Positions 12,329 through 25,046 of a stretch of DNA of 64,000 nt are shown here, piece after piece (position 1 is the first letter of the stretch; each line of letters opens with the position of its first letter). Source of the stretch: Haliotis rubra (Eukaryota); contig NW_025767512.1 in assembly GCF_003918875.1 (NCBI RefSeq), positions 1,364,001 through 1,428,000 on the forward strand, read 5' to 3'. The notes under the pieces were generated by a model, which was given only the letters and a program-made list of their open reading frames with translations, was not told the origin of the DNA and did not search any database. The translations under genes were made by a program, and so were the position numbers.

Positions 12329-14549
12329 GTGAGTTGTAAACTGGTTCTCTGTCTATGTGCGCTGACTTTTTCAACGCATTATTAGCGGTAAACGCAATAT
12401 TTTAGTAAGAATCGGTGGGACCAGACGACTTCCGGTTATCCGGGGCAAATGTTATGCATTCAGTCCGGGATGACAAGAATTTTGAAAAAAATACCCACAA
12501 AGCAAATATGACAGTCCGCATTCCCGGGAACGAGAGTTAGCTAGCGATCAATCCAGGTCTAACCGGAAGTCATGCTCAAATTGATTTTACGCAACTGAAT
12601 AATAAAAACTTTGTCAATATACAGTCAGTACCGCAGATGAAGATTTTTGGGTAAGGTACGAAATTATCAATGTTCTATTGACTCGATGCCTTGGAATTCC
12701 TGTCGTCTGTCTGCCAGTCAATAACCTCAGATTGTGAGACTGAAACAGAAAGTCTGGAAATAGAGACGAAGCATTAAGTGGAATATTCAGCAAAGATAAT
12801 AACTTCCGGTCCTTACCGAGAACATATGATTCGGCTGGGGTCATCGGAAGAAAACATCGATAAACTGACACGGATAAGGAAGTTGTTAATACACGATCTG
12901 TGTTTGTCAACCCAGTTGTATACAGGTGAAGTGTGGTTATACACTGAGTCACTGAGTGAATGTTGTTAAATGCCGCAATCAGCAATATTCCAGCTACATC
13001 CTGTTAGTCAGTAATAGTCACCCCGTCTAGACCAAATATATAGCATGTCTTATTATGTTAACACGCATTTGGCCAATAATACCTCCACTCCAGCCCCTTA
13101 AGCCCATCAAGCATAACATTTTATGTTTAAACGTTCAATTGTTATGATGATTATTAATCAAAACTGGGGCGGTTGGGTAGCCTAGTGGTTAAGGCGTTCG
13201 CTCGTCATGCTGAAGACCCGGGTTCGATTTCCCACATGGGTACACACATTTCTGGTGTCCTTTTTGATACCTTTCCAACTGATGCCTTTTTGTTGGAAGA
13301 TCTCCAAATGTCCCCATCACAGGTCATATCACACTAACCGAGAGAGATTGATGACGGCTTCATTTCCGTGAAATAAGCATGGGTTCTTGAGCCAAAGGGG
13401 CGGTGGAGTAACCTAATGGTTAAGGCGTTCGCTCGTCATGCTGAAGACCCGGGTTCGATTCCCCACGTGGGCTGGGCACAATGTGTGAATTTCATGTCTG
13501 GTGTCCCCCGCCGTGATATTGCTGGAATTTTGCTAAAAGCGTCGTAAAACTAAACTCACTCACTCACTAATCAAAATTGTCCGACAAAGGAAAGCATACG
13601 CATGAAAATTGGATTTGACTTTAAAAATTACAAAAGCTGTAAAAAAAATATATAAATACTGCAAACTCCAAGTCCCAGATTCAGTTATGATGAGGTCCAA
13701 ATTACAGCTTCGATACCCGCATGAATAGCAGTAGTTATTTGCTTTATTTAAAGTCGCACGCACAACTAAGGTATTTCGGCGACGGGGTAGTACACGTATT
13801 AAGAAATGAGGGGGAACAAAAAATAGAAATTTTGAAAGAGTGGTGTTACTACCCAAAACAAACAAACAAACAAACCAACAACTGAATATTAAGGGTAATT
13901 TGAATGGGAGGCCGAATTAAAAAGGTAAAACATCTGAAATAGGTAAAGAGAATTACAGTTTGGAATTTAATATAGATGTACAGGCAACGTTATATACTTC
14001 TTTTGCCGGCAGTTTATTTTGTGGCTACCCTCACAAGACAAAGACAACATCTCATTGTTACACGGGGCCAGAGTTACAATATCTGGACCAAAGTTTACCA
14101 GACCGTGACGGCAATACGCCTCTAAGGGAGTTATTTAACCAGAACGCGTCTGTTCGCTGGAATTCTCCCTCCTTTCTCCCACACACAATGGCGCATCCAG
14201 CACCAGGAGTCGGGGCCGTTGTTACACGTGTCGAAGAGGTAGCTCGCGAACCCGGCGACTGCCTCAACTAATCCCCCGACAGAAGGACGGATTACTCGCA
14301 ACATGGTCTTTTTTATCAATGTCATCTCAAACACGTTCATACAAATGTTAAGTTGAGAATCGTGACGCTTTGATCCAGTTTAAGCCCCACTTGTTATACA
14401 CGTTAGGGGCCTCACTTCGGTGTATTATGGCCATGGTCAAGCACTGTATTATTGGCCTACATACGTATGAACAAAGCAAATAATTGGTGTTATGTAATAC
14501 GATACAAGTACGATATTTTGTCTATACACTGAAACATACTGTCTTAGTT

Positions 14550-14911
14550 TGTGTGTGTGTGTTTGAGTGTGTGTTTGAGAGAGGGAGAGTATGTGTGTGT
14601 TTGAGAGAGCGTGTGTGTATTTGAGAGATAGAGTAGGCCTATTTGTGTGTTTGAGAGATAGAGTAGGCCTATTTGTGTGTTTGAGAGCATGTGTGTTTAT
14701 TTGAGTGTGCGTGTTTTTAGAGAGGGAGAGTATGTGTGTTGAGAGTGTGTGTGCGTCTATGTATATGTCTGTGAAAGTTTGAGAGAGTATGTGTGCGAGA
14801 GAGATAGAGTGTTTGTGTGTTTGAAAGAGAGTGTGTGTGTTTGAGAGGGAGAGAGAAAGAGAGCGTGTGTTTGGAGAGGGAAGGAGAGAGAGTGTGTGTG
14901 TGGATGTTTTA

Positions 14912-14943
<32 letters not shown>

Positions 14944-15165
14944 GTGTGTGTTTGAGATAGATAGAGTATTTGTGTGTTTGAAAGAGAGAGTGTGTGTTTG
15001 AGAGGAGAGAGAAAGAGAGAGCGTTGAGAGGAGAGAGAGAGCGTGTGTTTGGAGAGTGTGTTTGAGAGGAGAGAGAGAGAGAGTGTGTGTGTGGATGTTT
15101 TAGTGTGTGTGTGTGTGAGAGAGAGAGAGGGTGTGTTTGAGAGAGAGTATGTTTGAGAAAGTGTG
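14550..15165. repeat. Compound (GT)n/(GA)n low-complexity tract
   Basis: Interleaved gtgt/gaga runs with internal duplications. Confidence 0.95.
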
Positions 15166-15927
15166 TTGTTGAATACTTTTAGACGAGCTAATGTGTGTTG
15201 TTATTATATTTATGTATTTTGTGACCCTCGTGGTCAAAAATCAACCAACACCAGCATAAAAATTATTTGGAACTTAGTTTAAAAAATGAATGCGAAAGAG
15301 TACCAGATATTGAGTCTTTCGAAGAAAAGGCAGTGGCGGGAGTAAATATTTTCGAATGAGAAAACATGGAAAATGGATGCCAGCCTACAAATTTGTTTTG
15401 TTAGCTATATACTTTCCATCAAAAGTTTAGACTCACTGGTGTAAATGTAGCCACTTACTTCAAGTCAACTTTTCTAAACTAGATTTTGCAAAATATTCCA
15501 TGCTGTGTAAAGGTACTGTTTACACATGAACTGATGTCTTGTAAAACAAATTTGTTACATTGAAACCATTATTGTCATTAGTTCAATAAATAATGAAACT
15601 GTGAAAATTGGTGAATTCTTAAAGAACCACTAAACTTTGTTTTTTTGTTACTCTTTTAACCATTACATATGAAAGATTTGTGATTAGTCTTATGCGGAAC
15701 ACCAAATTTATTCTTTAAAAACTTGTGGTTAATTAATACCGAGCGATTAAAAGTGGCCAAAAAGTCGCCTGCCTCCCTCTCGCCCGCCAACAAAACCGCA
15801 GACAGGTTACGTAACTCTGTCGCCAGAGCACTGCAGTGACGTCATATGAGGAACGATTTTCAGTTAGTTGTATAGAAAATGTGTAGCACGCTCATCATTT
15901 TGATGATTTCTCGACATCAACGACGAC

Positions 15928-16110
15928 ATGCCGAATCGTTGCTTTGTCGTCAATTGCTCCTAGGGGTCGGGCGATGGTGTCCCCATGCACAGATTTCCAC
16001 AGGACCCCGCAGTTCGTGCTAAATGGGTTATGTTTGTGAGTGCGAAGCGAGCGTTGTGGAAGCCTGAAACGATATCTTACTTGTGTTCAGATCGCTTCAC
16101 GGAAGTTAAA
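15928..16110 (+). pseudogene. Degenerate THAP zinc-finger remnant of a DNA transposon
   Basis: MPNRCFVVNCS*GSGDGVPMHRFPQDPAVRAKWVMFV...WKPETISYLCSDRFTE: C-x4-C, FP, W and LCSx(H>R)F, with an in-frame TAG at 15961. Confidence 0.8.
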
Positions 16111-19100
16111 GAATCAAAACTACTTACTAATTCTAGTAAAATATGCATATGATTGATGACCATACAAATTTTCTATGACACAACTTGTAACATAACGATT
16201 TCTTCCTCGGAAGTGAGTTTGTGGTCGAAGTAACAATAATATTGTAAGTAGTATTATATTCACACCCACCTCGCTGCCACGAGAGAAATTGTTATGTTAT
16301 ACGCTATGTCATGCAAAATCCTATTGGCCATCAATAAAATACATATTTTACTACGAGTAGAAAGTAGTTTTCATTTTGTAACTCGGTGAAAACAAACCTA
16401 AATACCATTTATCCTCAGTCTGGCGGATGTTCCCGACAGAATCGCCGCCATTTTAAAAATAAAAATCTGTTAGAATTAATGAGATTATAGTTTGTTTTCA
16501 TCAAGTTAGAAAATCAAGACTACTTTCTACTCGTAGTTAAATATGTATTGGAATCATAACCAAACCGATTTTGCATGACACAACTTATAACATAACGATT
16601 TCTTCCACGGAAGCGAGGTGGGGGTCGAAGTCACAATACTGCGCGACAAATTCCTTCTACATTCCCATGGTTAATGTCCATCACCAGTATGTAGATACTA
16701 GTCAATGTGCGTCTGTATATTTGGTCTTATAATCCTAATTAGTTTATTATCATACTTGTATGCATTTTGAAACTAAATAAAAAGCAGACGATCTGCTGAT
16801 ACTTATAGTGAATTTATAACAGAACTGTAATATCTAGACATTTTATAGTTTGCCAATGTGAATCATAATTCGCACACACACCCTAGTGCATGTTGTCTGT
16901 CTCATTACACTTCAAGGCGAAAACAATGATTATGCTAAATGCTACGACAAATGAATAAAAACAAAATGCAAATATTAAAATTAAAACAGATTAAAGTTAT
17001 AGGAACAATATCAGGCCATCACCTTGTTCGAGGAATGTATCCATCAATATCCACAAAACTGTTCCAAATGATGTGTCTTTGAACAGTTTAATATACAAAA
17101 AAGTGATAAATCTTTTCAGGTATTGGTGTATAGTCTCATTGGTCACCCAAGATAGCACACCTGGCAACTGATTGCATAATGTCCGCCATTCTTTGAAAAC
17201 GGTAATTTAGTTAGCCAATAATGAGCAATCAGTCACTGTATTGGCGGTTAATCCTTTGAAAGAAGGACGTTGTTTTTACGCAGACACCGACACGACAGAG
17301 TGTATTCAGTATAGATTAGTAAATCTACATACATAAACACTACCTTTTGACAATTCCGCTGTGTAAGATAAAAGTAATTAATCAATCAGCGTGTTATCGG
17401 TTAATCCTTTGATCGATGTTTATAATGTTGAATATTTACTCCAGACACAAGAAATGCCAAATGGGAACCTTTGTCGGGTAATCTAAGTGTCTTACCACTA
17501 ATTATACCTGTTATAAATTCATTAACTGACCATCAAGTGAATGATGACAAATAACATGTGTGAGGTTTATACCACCTAACACGGGTTACAACAAGGGAGT
17601 ATTAATTGCTGTATTGCATGTGAAAACTTATGGGCCGACACTGTTTGAGAATACAAACAGATTTTTACATGACATGATTAATTATCGAGGTAAAAAAACA
17701 CAGAAATGGGATCAATTTGGATCAGTCATTATACAAATAGGGCCTAACGACACCAATCGATTTTGACAGAATCGTCTATGAAAACAAGTTGTAACTCGGA
17801 AACTAGGCAAAGCAGGAGACAAAATTAAATGACAGTAGATTGTGAGAACATATAGCTTTAATTTTCCACAACAATTGTCACGATTTCAGGTTTATACAAG
17901 CCTGTAAACAAGATAATTTAACCCCTAAAATGTAGATGAATTCTGCATCGGCCCTCAAAGCTATTCCTCATATGACGTCACAGAGGCGCGCCGCTCTGAT
18001 TGGTTGAAATTTCGTTCGCGGGTTAGAACTGTGCACTGTTGTCAAAAAGGTCGATTTAAGTCAATTAAAGGTCGAAATGAGTAGTTTTAATGACGGGGTT
18101 TCATTTATAACGATGCCAGTCAGTGATTTATGTATTTGTACCCCCTAGGGTTTATGTGACCTTTAACAAAATTTTACACCAAAACGCAGCTGTTGACATG
18201 TGAGATATTTGCACATGCTTTTCAGCAACTTGATGCATGATCCTCGTGCAATTCATCTGCATAAGGTTTGCAGTTAGTTCCCCCAAGTTAGTGGAGAAAT
18301 TCATCTTCAATGTAACCATATGTATATATGTAACATATAGTGAGTGCTTTAAGTGAGTCTAAACTTTTGATGGGTAGTATATTTGATTTGATATCTGTAC
18401 TATTTATTTTATCAAACACTGACGCTCTTTTGTAAATCCACTTTTTAGAATTTAGTTTTTTAATAAAACACACCGCTCCCTGTTGTTTTCACATAATGTA
18501 CCATGATTCCGTGACAGGCTGTTAATACTAAACCCACTGTTGGCGACTCTGACGTTGTAAGCTGAAACGCTTTGTTTGTTCGACTCATTTGTTAGTTCGG
18601 GATATTAAAACCACCGTGACACCAATACTCTACATTTACCATGACATTTAAGATTAAAATATGTCCATTGTCCTTCAAGATAAACACGATTATAAACCGA
18701 GATTGGCACGAATTTCACTCTGTCGCTTAAATGTGTTTTTAAGAAAACATATTCAAAGCAAATGTAAAACACCATATTAACATTTTAAGATCTATATTTT
18801 AGTTAAAAACACAAAAATTGAGTCGGTTTCTATGGATACTGTTTTGCGTGAGAAATATGCATTATTTGAGGTACATTGTACAACAGGCAGCGAAGATTAA
18901 AATTCCTTTTAAACATGTTGATTGGCTTAAAGCTTTAGTAATAGAAGTCTTTAAGCTGGGTATCGGTTTTGAGGAAGTTGTTAGGGCAAGTGTTCTGCTA
19001 ATGGCTTCTGCTGAAGCCTTTTGTTATTTAGGAAAGTGTGTTAAATAACACTGGGTCTCCGGGTGGAGTAATTATAGGAATTCAGGAAGTTCAAACCCAT

Positions 19101-20254
19101 TTAGTTTCTTCGCTTGAATACATAGCTGGAGTGAATGCCCTTACATTATCATCACCATTAAATCATCATCATCGTCATCATCATCATCACCATTATGAGA
19201 ACCCAGCTATGCGAGTTAAGGAAACAGAGTTGTAGTTGAAATAGACAATGAAGTAACGAGCACCTATAATCTAAATTCTGTGAAAAATTTAAAAACACGT
19301 TTTCCTTTCCTTTTCATTCACTATGGAAACTAAATAATGAACGAATTTAAACTGCATGAATAAATATCAAATCCGTGATGTATTGTTATTATACAATATT
19401 TTATCACCATGATATCTAAAACAATTATTTGCAGTGTTTGCGGTTACGTTTGATTTCGAACATATCGACTTCGTTTCGTTTTAGTCAATTCAGCTTTTCA
19501 CTTCTACATCAGATCAATTTCACTGCCACGTTGTCAGTGAAACCTGGGTATTTTAAAACAAAAGTGGATCCCGTTTTACTGAAATAATGGTTCATTTGCT
19601 ATGCATAATAGAAAAAACCCATCATGGCCCATCTTCTTCTAAAGAATATAATTGGTTTATTTGACTGAAAACTAAATTGAGCACCTCTTTGTCGGAACAA
19701 ATAATTGAGCTCAAGCTTTGGAAAAGTAACCTTTAACGGTTTGTAAAATGTACATCATTAAGCACAAACAGTGATACTTAAGTTGAAAACCTTTAATTAA
19801 AAAATGAAACACAAATACACATGCAATACATCCGGCCATAATCTCTCGCTACAGATCAACACAAAGTATCGTTATATGAACTTGTATAGCCATAAACCTT
19901 ATAATAAAATGTATGAACCTCAAGTGACAGAAGTATCAGACAAAGCAGGAGTGATTATTTTTACTTTCCTATTTTTACTCGTATCACTGGGCTGTGCTTA
20001 TAACCACTGTTTGCTACCCCATATGGCAGTTAAGTGACTGAAACTCGTGGTTTACTATTTAAGGGGTCCAGAATAAGGAGGTTTTACTAGGAAGGGCGTC
20101 TGAAGTTACGCCAATTCTCTTTGTATGGTGCACGCATCAATTTAAAGTCATTCAGCTCGCGGCGTTGGCATCTGAGGTTCAATTGTCGATTGCTAACCGG
20201 TTCAGATACGGTTCGTTTGTTAAACTGACTCCATTGTGTTTTTTGTTTTGGCAG

Positions 20255-20335
20255 GTGAATTACAAGAAGTCTAACCGGTTCAGTAACCATGACAACAGAA
20301 ACGCCTTTCAGGATCACGGAGTGTACCTCGGGAAT
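20255..20335 (+). CDS. TEX36: TEX36-like exon with the HDNR motif (VNYKKSNRFSNHDNRNAFQDHGVYLGN)
   Basis: Acceptor ttttgttttggcag|, donor |gtaagt, 81 nt. FSNHDNR..F...GVYL matches the TEX36 signature FSVHDNRHSLENSGCYLDS as recalled. Confidence 0.85.
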
Positions 20336-21092
20336 GTAAGTTCGAATTTGTTCTGATATCAGTTCATTGTTCTACTGGATATTCTGGTATTCAGATAAGC
20401 ATACTGCTTGTTTACAAATCCGGTTCCACTTTTGGAAATAAATGTTTAAAGCATACGACGTGGAGATGCTGGTTACACTTCCGTGTGAGCCACAGTATGC
20501 GAGATCAATGAAATTGTCACAAATTCAGTTATAAATGAAACGTTGAGTTCAATTTGTAATGAAGTTCATACAATCACATTTTTTAAATCGTTATTTTATA
20601 AAGTTGTTAATGTAATCGGTACTGAAACAAAACAAGCTTAGATTGTCAAAGACTAAATGGGATTTTCTTTGTTGAACAGCAGATATAGAAAATCTTTAAC
20701 TTAGTCATTGTTTCTCATAGGGGGCAGAACAGATGACAGATGTTTGGCTATATATTTCCAATCTTGCCCTTCACTGTCAAAAGTCCTGGTCGTATATCAC
20801 TAACAAATTACCTTTTATCACGTGACTCAACTAAACGGCCAATACTATTGTTTGGTTAGAAAGCGGACAAAGACGCTGATATGACGTCACAGGGATGAGT
20901 TCAAGGATCACAAACCTGTTTCCTGGTCGAGATAAAAAGCCGGATCAAATTGTTTGACCAAAACTGATTGTTATTTTAACGAGGTGAATTTGACCAAAAC
21001 TCTAAACAAATATATCGAACCAAATGAAAACTAAGTAAATCACTGTGAAAATATTTGTTTACGTGAAACATCGACAATCATTAGTATAGTTA

Positions 21093-21116
21093 GGGACCGT
21101 TCATAATTTATGGCTG

Positions 21117-21156
<40 letters not shown>

Positions 21157-21441
21157 ATGATTATGATTTTTATGGAGAAGCATGTACAATGTGAATGACC
21201 CCCCCTAAAATTTATGTACAAAATAAGTGACCCCTGCATGCCATGTACAAAATCAATGACCCCCCCCTTCCCATAATTTCTAAGCATAATTTTAAACATA
21301 CTTTTATGTACAAAATTGCTGACCCCACCTAGTACGTGTGTACAAAATTGATGACCCCCCACCCCAGCTCCCCAGAACAAAATGAGTGACCCCCTCTTAA
21401 AATCATCACACCCCTTATTATTATGAATTATGAACGGTCCC
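21093..21441. mobile_element. PIF/Harbinger-like MITE
   Basis: TIR GGGACCGTTCATAATT, TSD TTA. Confidence 0.85.
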
Positions 21442-21647
21442 TTATGCTACACATTTAGCTGTAGCTTGACCCCAGAACATAAATTAGAAATTGAACCTAA
21501 GTCCAATTTAGAACGAATTGGCATGTCTGAATTACATCAATTCCTAAATTATGCATTGTTGTGGCCTATTTGAATTTTATTTCTCAGATACTTATTTTCA
21601 AGTAAGATTATCATATTTACGTGACCACATCTCAGTCTGAATATGCT

Positions 21648-21836
21648 TAGTCTGTCTCACAGTCACTGCGCATTATGTTCCCTTCTGCCGAGCCCTTTCA
21701 GCAATGCTTAAGCCCTAAATGAAGCAAGTCTAGATTTCCTCAGAATCTCCCATCTCATTAGGGCTCCTTTTCGATTTAAAAGGGATTTTTGTTTCTATTA
21801 AAATTATATATATCCCGAGACTAAGTTTTAGTCTAG
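21648..21836. repeat. Unclassified interspersed repeat (about 190 bp); relatives at about 35201-35350 (reverse) and 53027-54304 (interrupted)
   Basis: tagtctgtctcacagtc...agtctagatttcctcag...gagactaag...tagtcta shared between copies. Confidence 0.7.
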
Positions 21837-22571
21837 ATTAAGCTGCTCATGTTCGGATATTCATTAAAATTTTGGTATCTCCGTTGACCAGCAGTTATAC
21901 TTGTAACATAAATGGCAGTCACAATCCATATCCCTTTGTTTAATGAGTCTGTTAACGTCTAACTAGAAACCATTCACAGCAACGTGTTGTATACTCGTCC
22001 AGTGTCGAGCGGCACTATTCCTAGCGTCACACTATTTCAGCGTTGAAAAATTATAGCGTTGAAATGTTTTCGTTTTTCCATATCAGCATTGCGCATTATT
22101 TGCTTTGAAAATAAAATGACAAGAAAACTGAAAGTCACCTACGCAGCTTGTCGGATATCTTCGGACAATAAGGGTAATTAGTTGTGTCCCTAATTAAATT
22201 GGATCATGGACCTACAATTCCCAAGTCACCTCCCCGAGGTCAAGGCCATTGCACAACGTTCCTTCTCAATCGATAGTACTGCATAACTTAACTGAAAATT
22301 GCAGGTGTAACGTTTATACTGTGACGCCTCTGCCTTACTGCCCACTGATTACATCTTAAGCGTGATCTTTATAAACATATATCAATGTACCTTGTGTTCT
22401 TTTAGAAGTGGCGGTGGGATAGCCTTATGGTTAAAGCGTTTGCTCGTCACTCTGAAGACCCGGGTTCGATTCCCTACATGGGTACAACGTGTGAACCCCC
22501 GTGATATTGTTAAAAGCGGCGTAAAACCATACTCACTCTTATGTATTATTATTATATTTTTGGTTTTTAAG

Positions 22572-23039
22572 GGTCGCGAAACACGGCTTCTTGGACGACG
22601 TCTTCTCAACGTTGATCGTCGTCTCCATGAAACCAACAATAGCTTTCTCTCCCACCAAACGATGCACCCAATACAAGTGGATCAGAACAGCTTATACACA
22701 GCTTCGTTTCTCGGCAAACCGACCAACGAGCCACCAGTTCACCGGAGATTCCCGAAGGCCTACAAAGAACCCCAGGAAGGAAGTATTAAGCTCGAAACAT
22801 CCACACCCTGCTGGTTCAAGGCACCGGAAGTTCCCTATAGAACAGCTCTTCATGATTTAGCTGTGACACAGGAACCCTTCCTAGAACACAACCCATGGAG
22901 ATACTCAAATAATGCTCTGAAGCGAGTTTACCCACCTTATGATAGAAAGAGCGAACCTGTAGTGAACAATACCTTTAATCGGTTTGGAGCCGCCTTCACT
23001 GACCCCAGGCCTCCTAGCCATAGACGGTCTCAGATATAG
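22572..23039 (+). CDS. TEX36: TEX36-like terminal exon (GRETRLLGRR...HRRFPKAYKE...RRSQI*)
   Basis: Acceptor tttttggtttttaag|. LGRR...RRLH and RRFPKAYKE match TEX36 GLGRKK...KRQH and RRFPRCYKE. Stop TAG at 23037-23039, AATAAA at 23127. Confidence 0.85.
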   Translation, partial: GRETRLLGRRLLNVDRRLHETNNSFLSHQTMHPIQVDQNSLYTASFLGKPTNEPPVHRRFPKAYKEPQEGSIKLETSTPCWFKAPEVPYRTALHDLAVTQEPFLEHNPWRYSNNALKRVYPPYDRKSEPVVNNTFNRFGAAFTDPRPPSHRRSQI

Positions 23040-23126
23040 TCCTTGTTTATTTGTGCGTGTAAATTTAATGGTTTTTTTAACGCGGATTTCGATGTCAATT
23101 TATTAATTATGCTTTCGTAATGAAAC

Positions 23127-23132
23127 AATAAA
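23127..23132 (+). terminator. Polyadenylation signal AATAAA of the TEX36-like gene
   Basis: First AATAAA after the stop codon, about 90 nt downstream. Confidence 0.5.
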
Positions 23133-24942
23133 ACAACTCAGATGTCACAGAATCAAGTTACGTTTCGGAATAATTTCCTGTTCTGGGTTTTTCATGGAAA
23201 TGCACATGCGCATGGGACTGATGAAAACAAGGATCGTTCTCAAAGTAAGACACGAACCCGTTAATCTCAGTCCTGCCTTAGTGTTTGAGATGTGCGGATT
23301 AATAATATGTTATGGTTAACTGAAACACAGTCTAAATGTACAGTTTCGAGTTTCGTTGTACAAACAGGAACTATTCTGATACTCCCTTGAAATGGTCATG
23401 TATTACTGTGCAGTTGATATAATGTGTTCGTGATATTTCGGTTTTCATAAGATCAGATTTCGTTTTATTTCCTTGAAATTCTAGTGGAATACACATGGCT
23501 GTGTTGGTCACGTGAGATATTTCAAGCTGATCTGTTTTCGACAAGGAACAGTTTTTGGAACAAACAAGTCTCCATCCTCTTTGGTATAATTTCTGTCCAC
23601 TAATGTCTGTCACTTTGGAAAATGACATTTATAATTTTCTGGAAAGAACTCAGAATTTCTTTCATTTCGTGTAATTTCGATGAAGTTTATTTTTATTGTC
23701 AATGTCGTATTTTTTATCACACGGACTGAAGATACCACGGGGCACTCCAACTTAAACATTCAAGGTAGAACTTGAACATCATGAACTATTGATTGTTTGA
23801 GATCGTTTTTTTAGGGTGTGGGGGAGGGATCGGTTCGCATGTCAGTGAAGGTTCAATGTCTAATGATTCATATTTTGGACAGATTCTAGCAGATTGTGAT
23901 GATTCATGTAATGTGTCTATGTCCGTGAAGGTCCAGTTTGTATTGGTTCACTTTATCGAATGCATATTCAAAGACAAATGGGGAAACGAAGTATTATAAA
24001 GCCAGTATTACTACGTTTATATTATTCACATTTTCTGTGATATATTGAAATGCACACATATGCATAAGATGTTGTTTATCTAATTAAATAATTTTCACAA
24101 TTATTATTTGTTATCTTTTAGTATGTTTTAGTAACACACCAAAACGACCTACTGAAGATACGCAACACATGTTAAAAAGAAAATAGAATAATGATATTAT
24201 ACCGTTTACTAGTATGCTGTTTTTTGACGGACTGTGTTCATCATAGAATTTATTCTTTTGTGTGAAGCCGCCATCAACCGACAGTTTCAGCAGTATTGCT
24301 GTTGAATAAGAAAATGATTCTCAAGGCCAATCTCGTTTTTAACATTTATTTTTCGGATGTCTTACATGAAAAAATCCGTCAAGTGAACAAAATCAATTCA
24401 AAATATGTTTATAAAGTTCTTATCAACTAATGGTTTGCTGGTATGAAAAAGAGCTTTCTAGCGTATTTATACCAAAATCGTGTTTATATATGAATGGCAT
24501 TGGTGAAGACGTTTTTGTCTTTGTGGCTCTGAATAATTATGAACTTATGCAAACGCCCGTCGTTTTACAATGACCAAAGCCCGACCACCCGATCCATTCC
24601 AACAAGCATAAGATTCTGGGGACCTATACTCTGGCCTGGGTTCATAACGGTTGTGTTTGTATGTATAACAGCCATGCATCTCGATGTGAGAGTGTTTAAC
24701 ATGCCTACCTTGGGGGGTTAGTTCAACAACATTGACGGATGGAAATGAAATAAGCTGCTCAAAGCGTTGGTATATCAAGCCTCTCACAGACCTTTGTCAA
24801 TCTTCTTTAAATTCTTCAAGGATTCCAAGGACATATGGCTCACAATCACTCCACCACTAAAACGACACTGACGCCTGCGGGTATTAGGGAACAATAGGGA
24901 CCTGATGGTTTCAGTATGGTGCTTTTGACATTTACATAACCA

Positions 24943-25046
24943 CTTCTGAAGCTGCCTGGTTCCCTGCGTCTGTTGCGCCTGCGCTACGCTCCGACACTCA
25001 GTGTTGCAGGCGCAACAGACCCAGGGAACCAGGCTGCTTCAGAAGT
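24943..25046. repeat. GC-rich hairpin, about 40-bp stem; shorter relative at 11394-11477
   Basis: acttctgaagctgcctggttccctgcgtctgttgcgcctgc pairs with gcaggcgcaacagacccagggaaccaggctgcttcagaagt. Confidence 0.85.

Noticed and set aside
13960-14340. GC-rich overlapping ORFs
   Set aside because: No recognisable motif or convincing splice sites.
22362-22571. N-terminal part of the 225-aa ORF
   Set aside because: Intronic SINE sequence that happens to be in frame; the exon starts at the acceptor at 22572.
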